Assembly (NCBI GenBank): GCA_964649085.1
Contig: CAZYPN010000042.1
Coordinates: forward strand, 1 to 59,700
Direction of reading: 5' to 3'
From: an uncultured Burkholderiales bacterium
GTDB taxonomy: Bacteria; Vulcanimicrobiota; Xenobia; Xenobiales; JADMJV01
Length of the DNA stretch: 59,700 nucleotides
The notes under the pieces are model-generated. The model was given only the letters and a program-made list of their open reading frames with translations, had not been told where the DNA came from and made no database searches. The position numbers and the translations under genes were made by a program. Below, piece by piece: positions 36,103 through 44,580 of the stretch (the stretch's first letter is position 1; the number at the start of each line of letters is the position of its first letter).

Positions 36103-37710
36103 ATGAGCCAGCCCCTCACCCCCCAGCAGTTTGCCGACCAGGTCAGCCGTCGCCTGCTCGAGCAGGGCTGGGTGCCGGCTCCCGTGCAGGCGCCCGGTGT
36201 TTTGCGCTGTATGGTGGGCTCGGGTGCCCAGGTGTTTTTCGTCGATGCCGCATCCTGGGACCAACTGACCCTGCGCGACCCGTTGTTCAAAACGCCGCCC
36301 CTGGTGGGCTGCCCTCATCGCGTGGTGATCTATCTTAGCGCTGGCGATCGCCAGGCCGACCGCAAAGCCGTTGCGTCGGCCGCCCGGCGCAAATTTCTGG
36401 GTGGGGTCGAGGCGCTGGCGCTGGTCGAACTCGAGAGCCGACTCTTGACGTTTTCCAAGCCCAGGGGATGGATCGGAGCCTTTCATCCCAACCACTTGCT
36501 GCTGGCCGTGCGCCAGGCGCTGGAAGCGCCTGAAGAGGCCGTCGATTTCGATACCGCGGTGCAACAGACGGCCCACACCGTTCAAGAGTTTTCTGGTTGG
36601 ATGGCCGAGGTGCGGCCGTTCTGGACCCCGGTATTTCTGGTGGCCTGCACGCTGTTGGCCCTGTTGGCCGAGTTTAGCGGCGGCAGCACCGATTCGTTTA
36701 CCATGTTTCGCCTGGGGGCGCTGTGGCGGCCTGCGGTGGTGGGCAACGGCGAATGGTGGCGGTTGGCCACCTGCACGCTGCTGCATTTCGGTTGGATTCA
36801 CTTGCTGGTCAATATGTATTCCCTTTACTCGGTGGGAGAGGTACTCGAACGCATCCTGGGCCGAGGTCGCTACCTGTTCCTCATCGTGTTCAGCGGACTG
36901 GGGGGCGCGCTGGCCTCGCTGTGGGGGCACCCCCACACTCTCTCGGCCGGGCTCTCGGGTGCCATCTTTGGGCTGGCAGCTTCCACCTGCGTGTTGGGCT
37001 ATGCGGGCCGATTGCCCATTCCTCGCATCGCCCGCCGAGCGCTCATCGACGGTCTGGCGCCGGCGGTGGTCTACAATTTACTCTATGGTTTGACCAGCTC
37101 AGGGGTCGACAACTACGCTCATCTGGGTGGCCTGTTCAGCGGGGCGCTGATCACCTGGATGATGTTTCCCCGCCGCTCAACCGAACTGAAGCGTCATCCC
37201 CTGCCGGCTCCTTTGGCCCTGCTTGCCCTGGGCTACGCCCTGGCTGTGGGCCTGGGCCTATTCAGCTTCCTGAGGCGGCCCCTGCCCATGAGCCGCCCCT
37301 GGCAAAGCTACGAAATGAGCGGCACCCGCATTTCTTTGGGCCGCGAATTCTTTCTCTTTAATTCCGAGGGAGTAGTGCGCGTCTACATCCTGCCCGGAAC
37401 CGTGCTGGCCCTGGGCGTTACGGCCAAGGGCCCCTGGGCAAGCCCCGAGGCCTTCCTGGAGCAGCTCAAGAAAGAGCTGCCCGGCCAGCCCCACGAGGAA
37501 GTGACCCTTCGCGGTCGCCGCTGCGTGCTGACCTCGGGCAAAAGTGAGCAGGGCCAGCCCACCCTCAGCTGCCGCATTCTCGACCTGGGGCCCGACGTGG
37601 TCGAGGTGTCGCTGATCGGAGAACTGGTCGACGGCAAGCGCGATCGGGCGCTGCTCGAGCTCTTGCTGGGCGAGGCCACGGGTGGGCCCTCTCGCTGGGG
37701 AGCGCCTTAG
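36103..37710 (+). CDS. rhomboid-family intramembrane serine protease with N- and C-terminal extra domains
   Basis: WWRLATCTLLHFGWIHLLVNM; GLSGAIFGL (GxSG catalytic Ser); AHLGGLFSG (catalytic His). Confidence 0.8.
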   Translation: MSQPLTPQQFADQVSRRLLEQGWVPAPVQAPGVLRCMVGSGAQVFFVDAASWDQLTLRDPLFKTPPLVGCPHRVVIYLSAGDRQADRKAVASAARRKFLGGVEALALVELESRLLTFSKPRGWIGAFHPNHLLLAVRQALEAPEEAVDFDTAVQQTAHTVQEFSGWMAEVRPFWTPVFLVACTLLALLAEFSGGSTDSFTMFRLGALWRPAVVGNGEWWRLATCTLLHFGWIHLLVNMYSLYSVGEVLERILGRGRYLFLIVFSGLGGALASLWGHPHTLSAGLSGAIFGLAASTCVLGYAGRLPIPRIARRALIDGLAPAVVYNLLYGLTSSGVDNYAHLGGLFSGALITWMMFPRRSTELKRHPLPAPLALLALGYALAVGLGLFSFLRRPLPMSRPWQSYEMSGTRISLGREFFLFNSEGVVRVYILPGTVLALGVTAKGPWASPEAFLEQLKKELPGQPHEEVTLRGRRCVLTSGKSEQGQPTLSCRILDLGPDVVEVSLIGELVDGKRDRALLELLLGEATGGPSRWGAP

Positions 37711-37844
37711 GGGGGCCAGGCCCCACGGCAATCGAACGGGTCCGCCCACTCAGCTCGCGCAGCAGCGGTTGCTCTAAGTGGCCTGGGGCACACTTTCGCT
37801 CACGAAATAAAGGAGTCGGACCAGTCGGCCTCGTACGCAGATGC

Positions 37845-38123
37845 ATGCGCGGAAGACATCCAGAATTGGCTATAGACTTGACCCCTGAAGAGCGGAGTGT
37901 CTTGGAAAAAATTGCCCGGACTCGTACCGCACCCTACTGCGAAGTGATTAGGGCCAAAGCACTCATCATGGCTGCTGACGGGCATCGCAACGTCGAAATC
38001 GCTTCAGCTACTACTCAAGACCCCAGAACGGTCTCGATACTCAGGAAAGAGTTCGGCGAAAGAAGACTGAAAGCGCTCCGAGACAATCCGCGGCCGGGCG
38101 GGCAACGTCCTTTTTCCCCCTGA
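37845..38123 (+). CDS. IS630-family transposase, N-terminal HTH part
   Basis: LTPEERSVLEKIARTRTAPYCEVIRAKALIMAADGHRNVEIA is a typical IS630/Tc1 HTH; separated from the DDE part by a frameshift. Confidence 0.7.
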   Translation: MRGRHPELAIDLTPEERSVLEKIARTRTAPYCEVIRAKALIMAADGHRNVEIASATTQDPRTVSILRKEFGERRLKALRDNPRPGGQRPFSP

Positions 38124-38172
38124 GCTTAAAGCCGTTACCGTCCACCTTGCTTGCCAGCGACCCGGTTTAGAA

Positions 38173-39108
38173 ATGGAGCTACCAGCTGCTCCCCTCGCCC
38201 CTGAACTGGCAATGAAAAACCTCGGCGAATTCTTACGTTCGGACACACAAGGACGCTGGTGGGTTAGGATCCCCGTGAGCCGTCTCTCCGCTGCAATGAT
38301 CTCTTTCTTGTTGGTCAGCCTCTCCCTGGTCACGAAAATCTGCAGGCGGACGGTTGCGCGGTGGTTGCGGGCCGATCAGATAAAACCCTGGCGTTTTCGA
38401 AGCTGGATCACCCCTCGGGACGTATCCAAGTTCCTGCCACAGGCTCGTCTGATTCTTGACCTCTATGAGCGGGCGCGAAGACCGAAATCGGACGAGGTGA
38501 CGTGGTGCCTGGACGAATGCACATCGCTACAAGCCCGGGAAAGAGACAGCCACAGTGTGCCCAAGCCTGGTGGGGAAGGGACACTGCTCGAAGCATCTTA
38601 CCGCAGGAGGGGCGCCGTCCAGCTATTTGCAGCACTCGAGGTCGCCGTTGGCCACGTCGAAGCAGTAGTCAGAGACACGAAAACCTTTGTCGACTTTCAG
38701 GAGTTTGTTGTCAGGGTCCTGAAAAGGTCTGTCCAGATGGGCAAGTCTGTCATCAATCTCGTTCTCGACAACGGCTCGGTTCATCGTCCGAAGTTCCTCG
38801 AGACCTGGCTCAAAGAGAGCTACCCCGAACTGACCGTTCGGGTATTCTGGCTCCCTGTCCGCTCGTCGTGGTTGAATCAGATCGAAGTCTTCTTCTCGAT
38901 CCTGAAAGCCCACGTGTTACAGCTGAATGACTTCGCCAGCGTTGACGACTTGGCCACCATGATTCTCGACTTTATAGCGATGAAAAACCTAAGTCCCAGA
39001 GCGTTCGACTGGCAGTATTGCGCAGCCGAACTCTACCGAAAGTACAAGCATAAAATGCCCGGTGACGATGGGATATGGCAACCCCCCGAAACAGCGGAGA
39101 TCTGGTGA
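38173..39108 (+). CDS. IS630-family transposase, DDE catalytic part
   Basis: WCLDECTSLQARE...LDNGSVHRP...PVRSSWLNQIEVFFSILK (DDE triad context). Confidence 0.75.
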   Translation: MELPAAPLAPELAMKNLGEFLRSDTQGRWWVRIPVSRLSAAMISFLLVSLSLVTKICRRTVARWLRADQIKPWRFRSWITPRDVSKFLPQARLILDLYERARRPKSDEVTWCLDECTSLQARERDSHSVPKPGGEGTLLEASYRRRGAVQLFAALEVAVGHVEAVVRDTKTFVDFQEFVVRVLKRSVQMGKSVINLVLDNGSVHRPKFLETWLKESYPELTVRVFWLPVRSSWLNQIEVFFSILKAHVLQLNDFASVDDLATMILDFIAMKNLSPRAFDWQYCAAELYRKYKHKMPGDDGIWQPPETAEIW

Positions 39109-39141
39109 ATTTCATGATGGGAATGGTGCCCCGGGCCACTT

Positions 39142-39714
39142 AGCGACATCACGTCCTTCAGTTACTCCACCTACATTTCGTCTTTCAATGGAGCCCAGGC
39201 ACCTTTCGTTTCCATTTGGGTAGATTGGGATGGCGATCTGATTGCCAACGACCGACTGACCTTCGAGCCCCTCTTCAATACCATCCCCTACGGCGGTTCG
39301 CAGAGCCTCGCCACCAACACCTGGCAGACCTGGGATATGCTCACGGGCAACTTTCATTCGTTTGCTGGCGGTGGCCCTCCAGTGACCGGGCCTCCGCCGG
39401 GCGGGGCACTGTTTACTCTAGCTGATTATGTTACTGCAGTGGCTGTTCAATTCTCGGGCAACCCGCGCATCGTCGACCCCGCTTCAGGTGTTGGCGGCTT
39501 TCGTATCTCGTCCGGTCTCTCTGACCCATCAGATGTCTACAATACGAACATCGACGCTCTTACCTTTGGTGTGGGTCAAAGCGAAACCACCTATGATTTT
39601 GAACTGGTGGCAGTTCCTGAGCTCGATGGTTCGCTGGCTTCTGTGCCCCTTGCCTTTAGTATGGCCTCGATGCTGCTCGTAGCTCAGCGCCGTCGCAGGG
39701 CGGCAAAAGCCTAA
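39142..39714 (+). pseudogene. 5'-truncated PEP-CTERM-type protein gene interrupted by the IS630 insertion
   Basis: Reading frame open from the IS right end; no start codon or signal peptide upstream; C-terminus AVPELDGSLASVPLAFSMASMLLVAQRRRRAAKA (PEP-like motif + TM + Arg cluster). Confidence 0.5.
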
Positions 39715-41120
39715 AGCATCGACTTGGGTCGGGGAACGTTCTGTTTCATCGTGTCCCAGCGGGAGCTGGCTTCTTCGGCCACGGTGGGAATGGCACCCAG
39801 GATGGGTAGCCCCAGGGCTTCTTCGATTCGCGGCTCCAGGCGCATGCTGGAGCTGAAATATTCAGCGGCCATCACCAGTCCCAGGCCGGCAATGAGGCCC
39901 ACCGGGATTGCCATCAGCACCCGCATTCCGAAGGAACGATTTACGATGGCCCCGGAAACCAGCTTGCCGATCACGGGCTTTTCTACAATCGTAAAGGCAC
40001 CCTCGCGGCGACTGCTCTGCTGTAGCACCCGCGCGCGGTAGAGCTGGCGGGTTAGGTCCAGGTAGCTGTCCTGCCACATGGCCAGCTGACGCTCCTCGGT
40101 GGAATATTGCAGTAGCTTATCGGGGCCTGGGCGCTTGTCTTCGAGGGCTTTGAGGCGCTGTTGGGTTTGGGCGAGCAATGTGGACAGGTGGTCGCGCTTG
40201 CGTTGGGCGGCCTGGCGTCGCGCTCCTACTTTGTGCTGGAAATCTCGCAACATCAGCTCTTCGGCCCTTTTCACCTTGCCGATCTGTTCCTGAACCTGGG
40301 TGCTCTTCTCGGTAAAGACCTCGCGAAGTTGCTCGAGTTTCAGCTTCTCTTTGGCTACAGCGTCGCCCATCACGGCAGTGCCCGCGCCTTCGGGCGAGAT
40401 CATCGTTTCGATACCTTCCGCCTGAGCAACATCCAATTGCTCCACTTCTGCCTCGGCCATAGACAGTTCGCGTTCGAGTTCGTTGCGGCGCTGTTGCAGT
40501 TGAACCCAGGCTTCCTCGAGAGAATTGGTTCTTCCGTTACTTGGCGCTACGCCGAGCTTCAACAAGCGCTTGTGGGTGCGAGAGATTTCGCGTTCAGCAT
40601 TGCGGCGTTCGCGCTCGAGAAAAGCGACAGTCTTGTCGTGCTCGGCCGCCGACAATTGTTGCACGTATTGAATGAACTTCTCCGACAGGGTTTGGGCCAG
40701 CACCCGAACGTCTTCTGCCTTGTTGCCGGTAACCGAAAGCTCCATCAGGCTGACGGCGGGTCCACCCTGGGAAAGAATGCTGATGCTGACACGGTCGCGC
40801 AGTTCGAGCCACGACATGTTGCTGCCGGCGGATTCCAGTACCAGTTCTAGCAGGTCCTGGCTGGAAAGTAGGGCACGAATGGTGCTCTCGTCGACAAACC
40901 AGGCCCGCACCGACGGGTCGACCGAGCGCTGAGAAGCGTCGGACAGGCTCGTTGTGTTGGGCGTGATCAAAATTTTTGCAAACGACTTGTAGACCATCGG
41001 TGGCTTGCTGGTCAGGCTGGGGCCAACCAGCATTGCTGCGAAGCCCAACACCGCTCCTACAAAGAAAAGTAAGGGTTGGGAACGAACTAACCTCAGGCTG
41101 CGCCAGATATCCACGGGCAT
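39711..41120 (-). CDS. polysaccharide chain-length determinant (Wzz/PCP family; PEP-CTERM-locus type)
   Basis: N-terminal TM, long periplasmic coiled coil, C-terminal TM (VLMAIPVGLIAGLGLVMAAEYF); no kinase domain. Confidence 0.7.
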   Translation of the reverse strand: MPVDIWRSLRLVRSQPLLFFVGAVLGFAAMLVGPSLTSKPPMVYKSFAKILITPNTTSLSDASQRSVDPSVRAWFVDESTIRALLSSQDLLELVLESAGSNMSWLELRDRVSISILSQGGPAVSLMELSVTGNKAEDVRVLAQTLSEKFIQYVQQLSAAEHDKTVAFLERERRNAEREISRTHKRLLKLGVAPSNGRTNSLEEAWVQLQQRRNELERELSMAEAEVEQLDVAQAEGIETMISPEGAGTAVMGDAVAKEKLKLEQLREVFTEKSTQVQEQIGKVKRAEELMLRDFQHKVGARRQAAQRKRDHLSTLLAQTQQRLKALEDKRPGPDKLLQYSTEERQLAMWQDSYLDLTRQLYRARVLQQSSRREGAFTIVEKPVIGKLVSGAIVNRSFGMRVLMAIPVGLIAGLGLVMAAEYFSSSMRLEPRIEEALGLPILGAIPTVAEEASSRWDTMKQNVPRPKSML

Positions 41121-41221
41121 GGGGTTGGCGATCAGTCGGCTTGCTCCTGCCTGTCCGGGGAGCGTCGATCTGGGTATAGCGAAAGAGGAAGTTGTTGCAG
41201 AAGCAATAATCTGAAGGGCTT

Positions 41222-42007
41222 ATGGACAGGCTTGCCGACCTTTTGGTGATTCTCAAAGAGCCGCGCTCTCAGGCGGCCGAAAGCTACCGTGGCGTGCGAA
41301 CGTCGCTGCAGCGGGCCCTGGCCAATGATGTGAAAACGATTATGTTCGTCAGTTGCTTTGCTGGAGATGGGAAGTCGATGGTGTGTGCCAATGTGGCGGT
41401 GGCGCTCAGTCAGCTGTTTCTTGACGTGATTTTGGTCGATGGTGACCTTCGTCGGCCCACCCTGACCAGTCTGTTCGATGCTAGCGACAAGGTAGGGCTG
41501 AGTGACTGTCTTACGGGCAATGCCGAACTAGAGCAGACTCTGGTGGCCACGCCTATCGACCGCCTGCGCTTTCTGCCCGCAGGACAGGCTGCGGAGAATC
41601 CGGGCAACCTGTTGGGGCGTCCTTCGGTAGCCAGTTTTTGTTCCAGCGTTTCCCGCTTGGCCGATGCGGTAGTGATCGACACTTCGCCGTTGGCGGCCTG
41701 TAACGACGCGATATCCCTGGGGCAACACATCGATACCACTGTGATGGTTGTGTCGCCGCGTCGTTGGGACGGCGATGTCGAGGTGAAAATTCGTCAGAAC
41801 CTCGAGCATCATAAGATTCCCTTAATGGGTGTTGTGCTCAACGGCGCGACTTCCGCCAAGAAAGCGGGTTATGGCTATGGCTATGGCTATGGCTATGGCT
41901 ATGGAGCCCAGGGGCAGGCACTCTACACTTACGGCTATGAGGAGGGCCCCAGGCCGGCAAAGAAGGGTTTCTGGAGTAGCTTGAAAGGTTTGCTTGGCAC
42001 AGAATAG
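41222..42007 (+). CDS. BY-kinase (CpsD/CapB/EpsG-like) exopolysaccharide tyrosine autokinase, cytoplasmic part
   Basis: Walker A-like GDGKSMVCANVA, Walker A' VILVDGDLRRP, Walker B VVIDTSP; C-terminal Tyr cluster (GY)n ... YTYGYEEG. Confidence 0.7.
   Translation: MDRLADLLVILKEPRSQAAESYRGVRTSLQRALANDVKTIMFVSCFAGDGKSMVCANVAVALSQLFLDVILVDGDLRRPTLTSLFDASDKVGLSDCLTGNAELEQTLVATPIDRLRFLPAGQAAENPGNLLGRPSVASFCSSVSRLADAVVIDTSPLAACNDAISLGQHIDTTVMVVSPRRWDGDVEVKIRQNLEHHKIPLMGVVLNGATSAKKAGYGYGYGYGYGYGAQGQALYTYGYEEGPRPAKKGFWSSLKGLLGTE
41867..41902. repeat. hexanucleotide microsatellite GGTTAT(GGCTAT)n encoding the (GY)n tyrosine cluster
   Basis: Direct reading gives 5-6 in-frame GY units; copy number is uncertain by one unit between my count and the ORF-track translation. 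Confidence 0.7.
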
Positions 42008-42073
42008 GGGCTATATGGTAAGCTGCATAGCAACAATACAGTCAGGTTCGCGCTGCGAGAGGGAGGAGCCAAG

Positions 42074-43060
42074 ATGAGCTCAATATTGATTACGGGTGGG
42101 TTGGGCTTTGTGGGCTCGCACCTGGCGGATGCGCTGCTGGCCGAAGGACATCAGGTGACTCTGGTGGACAACTGTCAGAGCAACGCCGTGGAGCCTGAGT
42201 ATTTTCAAGGCCGATGCCGGGTGATTCTGGAGAAGGTCGAGGCGGCTGCTGCGCACTTAGGCAAAGACCGCGAGCGTTTCGACGAGATTTATCACCTGGC
42301 CAGCATCGTGGGGCCAGCGGGCGTGTTGGAGTATGCTGGCGATATTGCACGCAGCGTCATCGAGTCGGGCGATGTGGCAGTGGCGCTGGCGCTGGATCAC
42401 GGGGCTCGCCTGATCGTGGCCTCTACCTCTGAGGTTTATGGTCGTTCCGGCTTCTTGGATGAAACGCTGGATTGCATTGTGTCTTCCGAGGTTACGGTGC
42501 GTCTGGAGTATGCTGCCGCCAAGCTCACCTCGGAAATCGCGGTGCTGAATAAGGCCAAGGTTTCCAGTTTGCACGTCAATGTGGTGAGGCCTTTCAATAT
42601 TTCTGGCCCCCGCCAAAAGCCCGACGGAGGTTTTGTGTTGCCCCGTTTTGTGGTGGCCGCCTTACGGGGTGAGCCTCTTACGGTGTTTGGCGACGGCACT
42701 CAGATCCGAGCCTTTACCGATGTTCGCGACATTGTGACGGGCTTGAAGGCGGTGATGAGTTGTGGGCGCTCGGGTATGGTGTTGAACCTGGGCAACCCGG
42801 CCAACGAAGTTTCCATTATGAAGCTGGCCCAGGAGGTAAAGCGCCTCAGTGGTAGCGATTCTGAGATTGCGCTGGTCGACCCCAAAGTGTTGTTTGGAGA
42901 GTTGTACGAAGAGGGCATCGAGCGGGTGCCTAATGCCAATCGGGCGCTTGAAGCTCTCGATTGGCGGCCAGCCTACAGTCTGGAGCAAACCATTTTGGAT
43001 ACCCTCGATTTTTATCGCCATCAAGTTCAGGTGCGTGTGGAGCACCTGCAAAGTGCTTGA
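42074..43060 (+). CDS. NAD-dependent sugar-nucleotide epimerase/dehydratase (UDP-glucuronate decarboxylase/UDP-glucose 4-epimerase-like SDR)
   Basis: ILITGGLGFVGSHLADAL Rossmann motif; SDR Y-x3-K context (YAAAKL). Confidence 0.8.
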   Translation: MSSILITGGLGFVGSHLADALLAEGHQVTLVDNCQSNAVEPEYFQGRCRVILEKVEAAAAHLGKDRERFDEIYHLASIVGPAGVLEYAGDIARSVIESGDVAVALALDHGARLIVASTSEVYGRSGFLDETLDCIVSSEVTVRLEYAAAKLTSEIAVLNKAKVSSLHVNVVRPFNISGPRQKPDGGFVLPRFVVAALRGEPLTVFGDGTQIRAFTDVRDIVTGLKAVMSCGRSGMVLNLGNPANEVSIMKLAQEVKRLSGSDSEIALVDPKVLFGELYEEGIERVPNANRALEALDWRPAYSLEQTILDTLDFYRHQVQVRVEHLQSA

Positions 43061-43085
43061 GGGCTGAATTGGGGGGCATGCAACG

Positions 43086-44237
43086 ATGAAACTGGCGAGT
43101 AAGCTGATCGCAGCATTGGTAGGGTTCGCCAGTTTGGCGCCAGTGGCTACGGCCAAGCAGGAAGAGGGTTTTCGGCGCATCAGCGTGCCGCCCACCTATC
43201 TGTTGAAGCCGGGCGATAAGCTGGAGATCGTTGTCGATTCTTTGCCCGAGGCCGAGTCGGTGTATCAGATTCGCTCCGATGGAAGCATTCAGCACCCGGT
43301 GGCTGGCGAGGTCAAGGCGGCTGGCAAGCAGCTCTTTGAACTACAAAAGGTGTTGCACCAGCGGTTCGCCCAGTGTTTGCGCAAGCCGACTTTCAAGCTG
43401 GGTATCTACTCGGTTGCCGAACTTGAAGTTTCCGTGGTGGGCGAGGTGAACCGCCAGGGGATGTTCTTGATGAACTCTGGTGCGTCGGTGTTGGATTTGC
43501 TGGCCCAAGCTGGAGGCCTGACCAACCGGGCCGACGCCTCCGACTGTGTCCTGCTACGCAGCGAACAAAAGATTCCGATCGATATGAAAGACCGCACCGC
43601 CTTGGGTCAGGTGAAGCTCTCTAATGGTGACGTGTTGATGGTCAGCCCAGGCAAGCGCGTGAGCGTTACCGGTGAGGTTCGCGAGCCCGGCCAGTTTACC
43701 GTGAGTTTCAAGTCTCCCGACCCCATCGGTGATGCGCTGGTGTTGGCGGGTGGCACCAAGGAAACTGCCGCTTTGCACCGGGTGTTGCTGGTTCGGCCCA
43801 CCTTGCGCAAGCCCATCATGATGAATTTGAATGAAAGGGATGAGAGCGGTGCCCTGAAGCAGGCCGTGGAGGTGCAGGACGGCGATACCATCTCGGTCAT
43901 GCCCCTGCGGTGCGCCGTTCTGGGCGGGGTGGATAAGCCTGGCCAGGTGATCCTCTCTGGCAATGAGACTCTCTTTGATATCGTGTCGGCCGTAGGGTCT
44001 AGCCGAGGGCGCCTGGACGAGGTGGTGGTCATTCGGGCTGCCGATGTTGAAGCCGGTACCGACAAGCGCGAGACCTATAACCTGCAAGAGGCGTTTTCCG
44101 ACCTTAAATCGATTCCTAAGGTGCCGATTCATGATGGCGATGTGGTGTTTGTGCCGCCGCAGGACCCTGGGGGAGGGTTTAACATGTGGGGCATCATGAA
44201 CGCTGTGTGGATGGCGAGGAGCTTGTTTGCGCTTTAG
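43086..44237 (+). CDS. polysaccharide export protein (Wza/Poly_export + SLBB domains)
   Basis: Signal peptide; YLLKPGDKLEIVV; repeated SLBB-like segments (GEVNRQGMFLMNSGASVLDLLAQAGG; GEVREPGQFTVSFKSP). Confidence 0.75.
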   Translation: MKLASKLIAALVGFASLAPVATAKQEEGFRRISVPPTYLLKPGDKLEIVVDSLPEAESVYQIRSDGSIQHPVAGEVKAAGKQLFELQKVLHQRFAQCLRKPTFKLGIYSVAELEVSVVGEVNRQGMFLMNSGASVLDLLAQAGGLTNRADASDCVLLRSEQKIPIDMKDRTALGQVKLSNGDVLMVSPGKRVSVTGEVREPGQFTVSFKSPDPIGDALVLAGGTKETAALHRVLLVRPTLRKPIMMNLNERDESGALKQAVEVQDGDTISVMPLRCAVLGGVDKPGQVILSGNETLFDIVSAVGSSRGRLDEVVVIRAADVEAGTDKRETYNLQEAFSDLKSIPKVPIHDGDVVFVPPQDPGGGFNMWGIMNAVWMARSLFAL

Positions 44238-44580
44238 ATTTGGTTCAGTTACTTAGCCACAAAACCATCATTGCTTTTGAGAAGCAATCAGCCCATAACC
44301 GGGAGCACGTCCATAGAGGGCGCAAGATGCCTGAGATGTATGCGTGCTTTGGTCACATACACTCAAGGGTTGAGTTGAGGCTGATAGTGGGCACCATAGT
44401 GAGTCGGCTCCTTCGGAAATACTCCTCGGAGCATATTCGGTTGCCACGGCCAGAGGATAGGTGCATTTACCGAAAGGACACAAGCCAACTTGGGTTGTAT
44501 GTTCAGTATCACTTAGGCGCAAGACCGCGCGAGGTGTGCAGTGCCCCGGGTGAACACTCGAATGAAAGAAGAGCCGCAAG

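Larger units (their letters stand above)
37777..39140. mobile_element. IS630-family insertion sequence (1364 bp) with TA target-site duplication
   Basis: 15-bp imperfect TIRs agtggcc[t/c]ggggcac at 37777-37791 and 39126-39140 (inverted); flanking TA at 37775-76 and 39141-42; two-ORF transposase inside. Confidence 0.75.
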
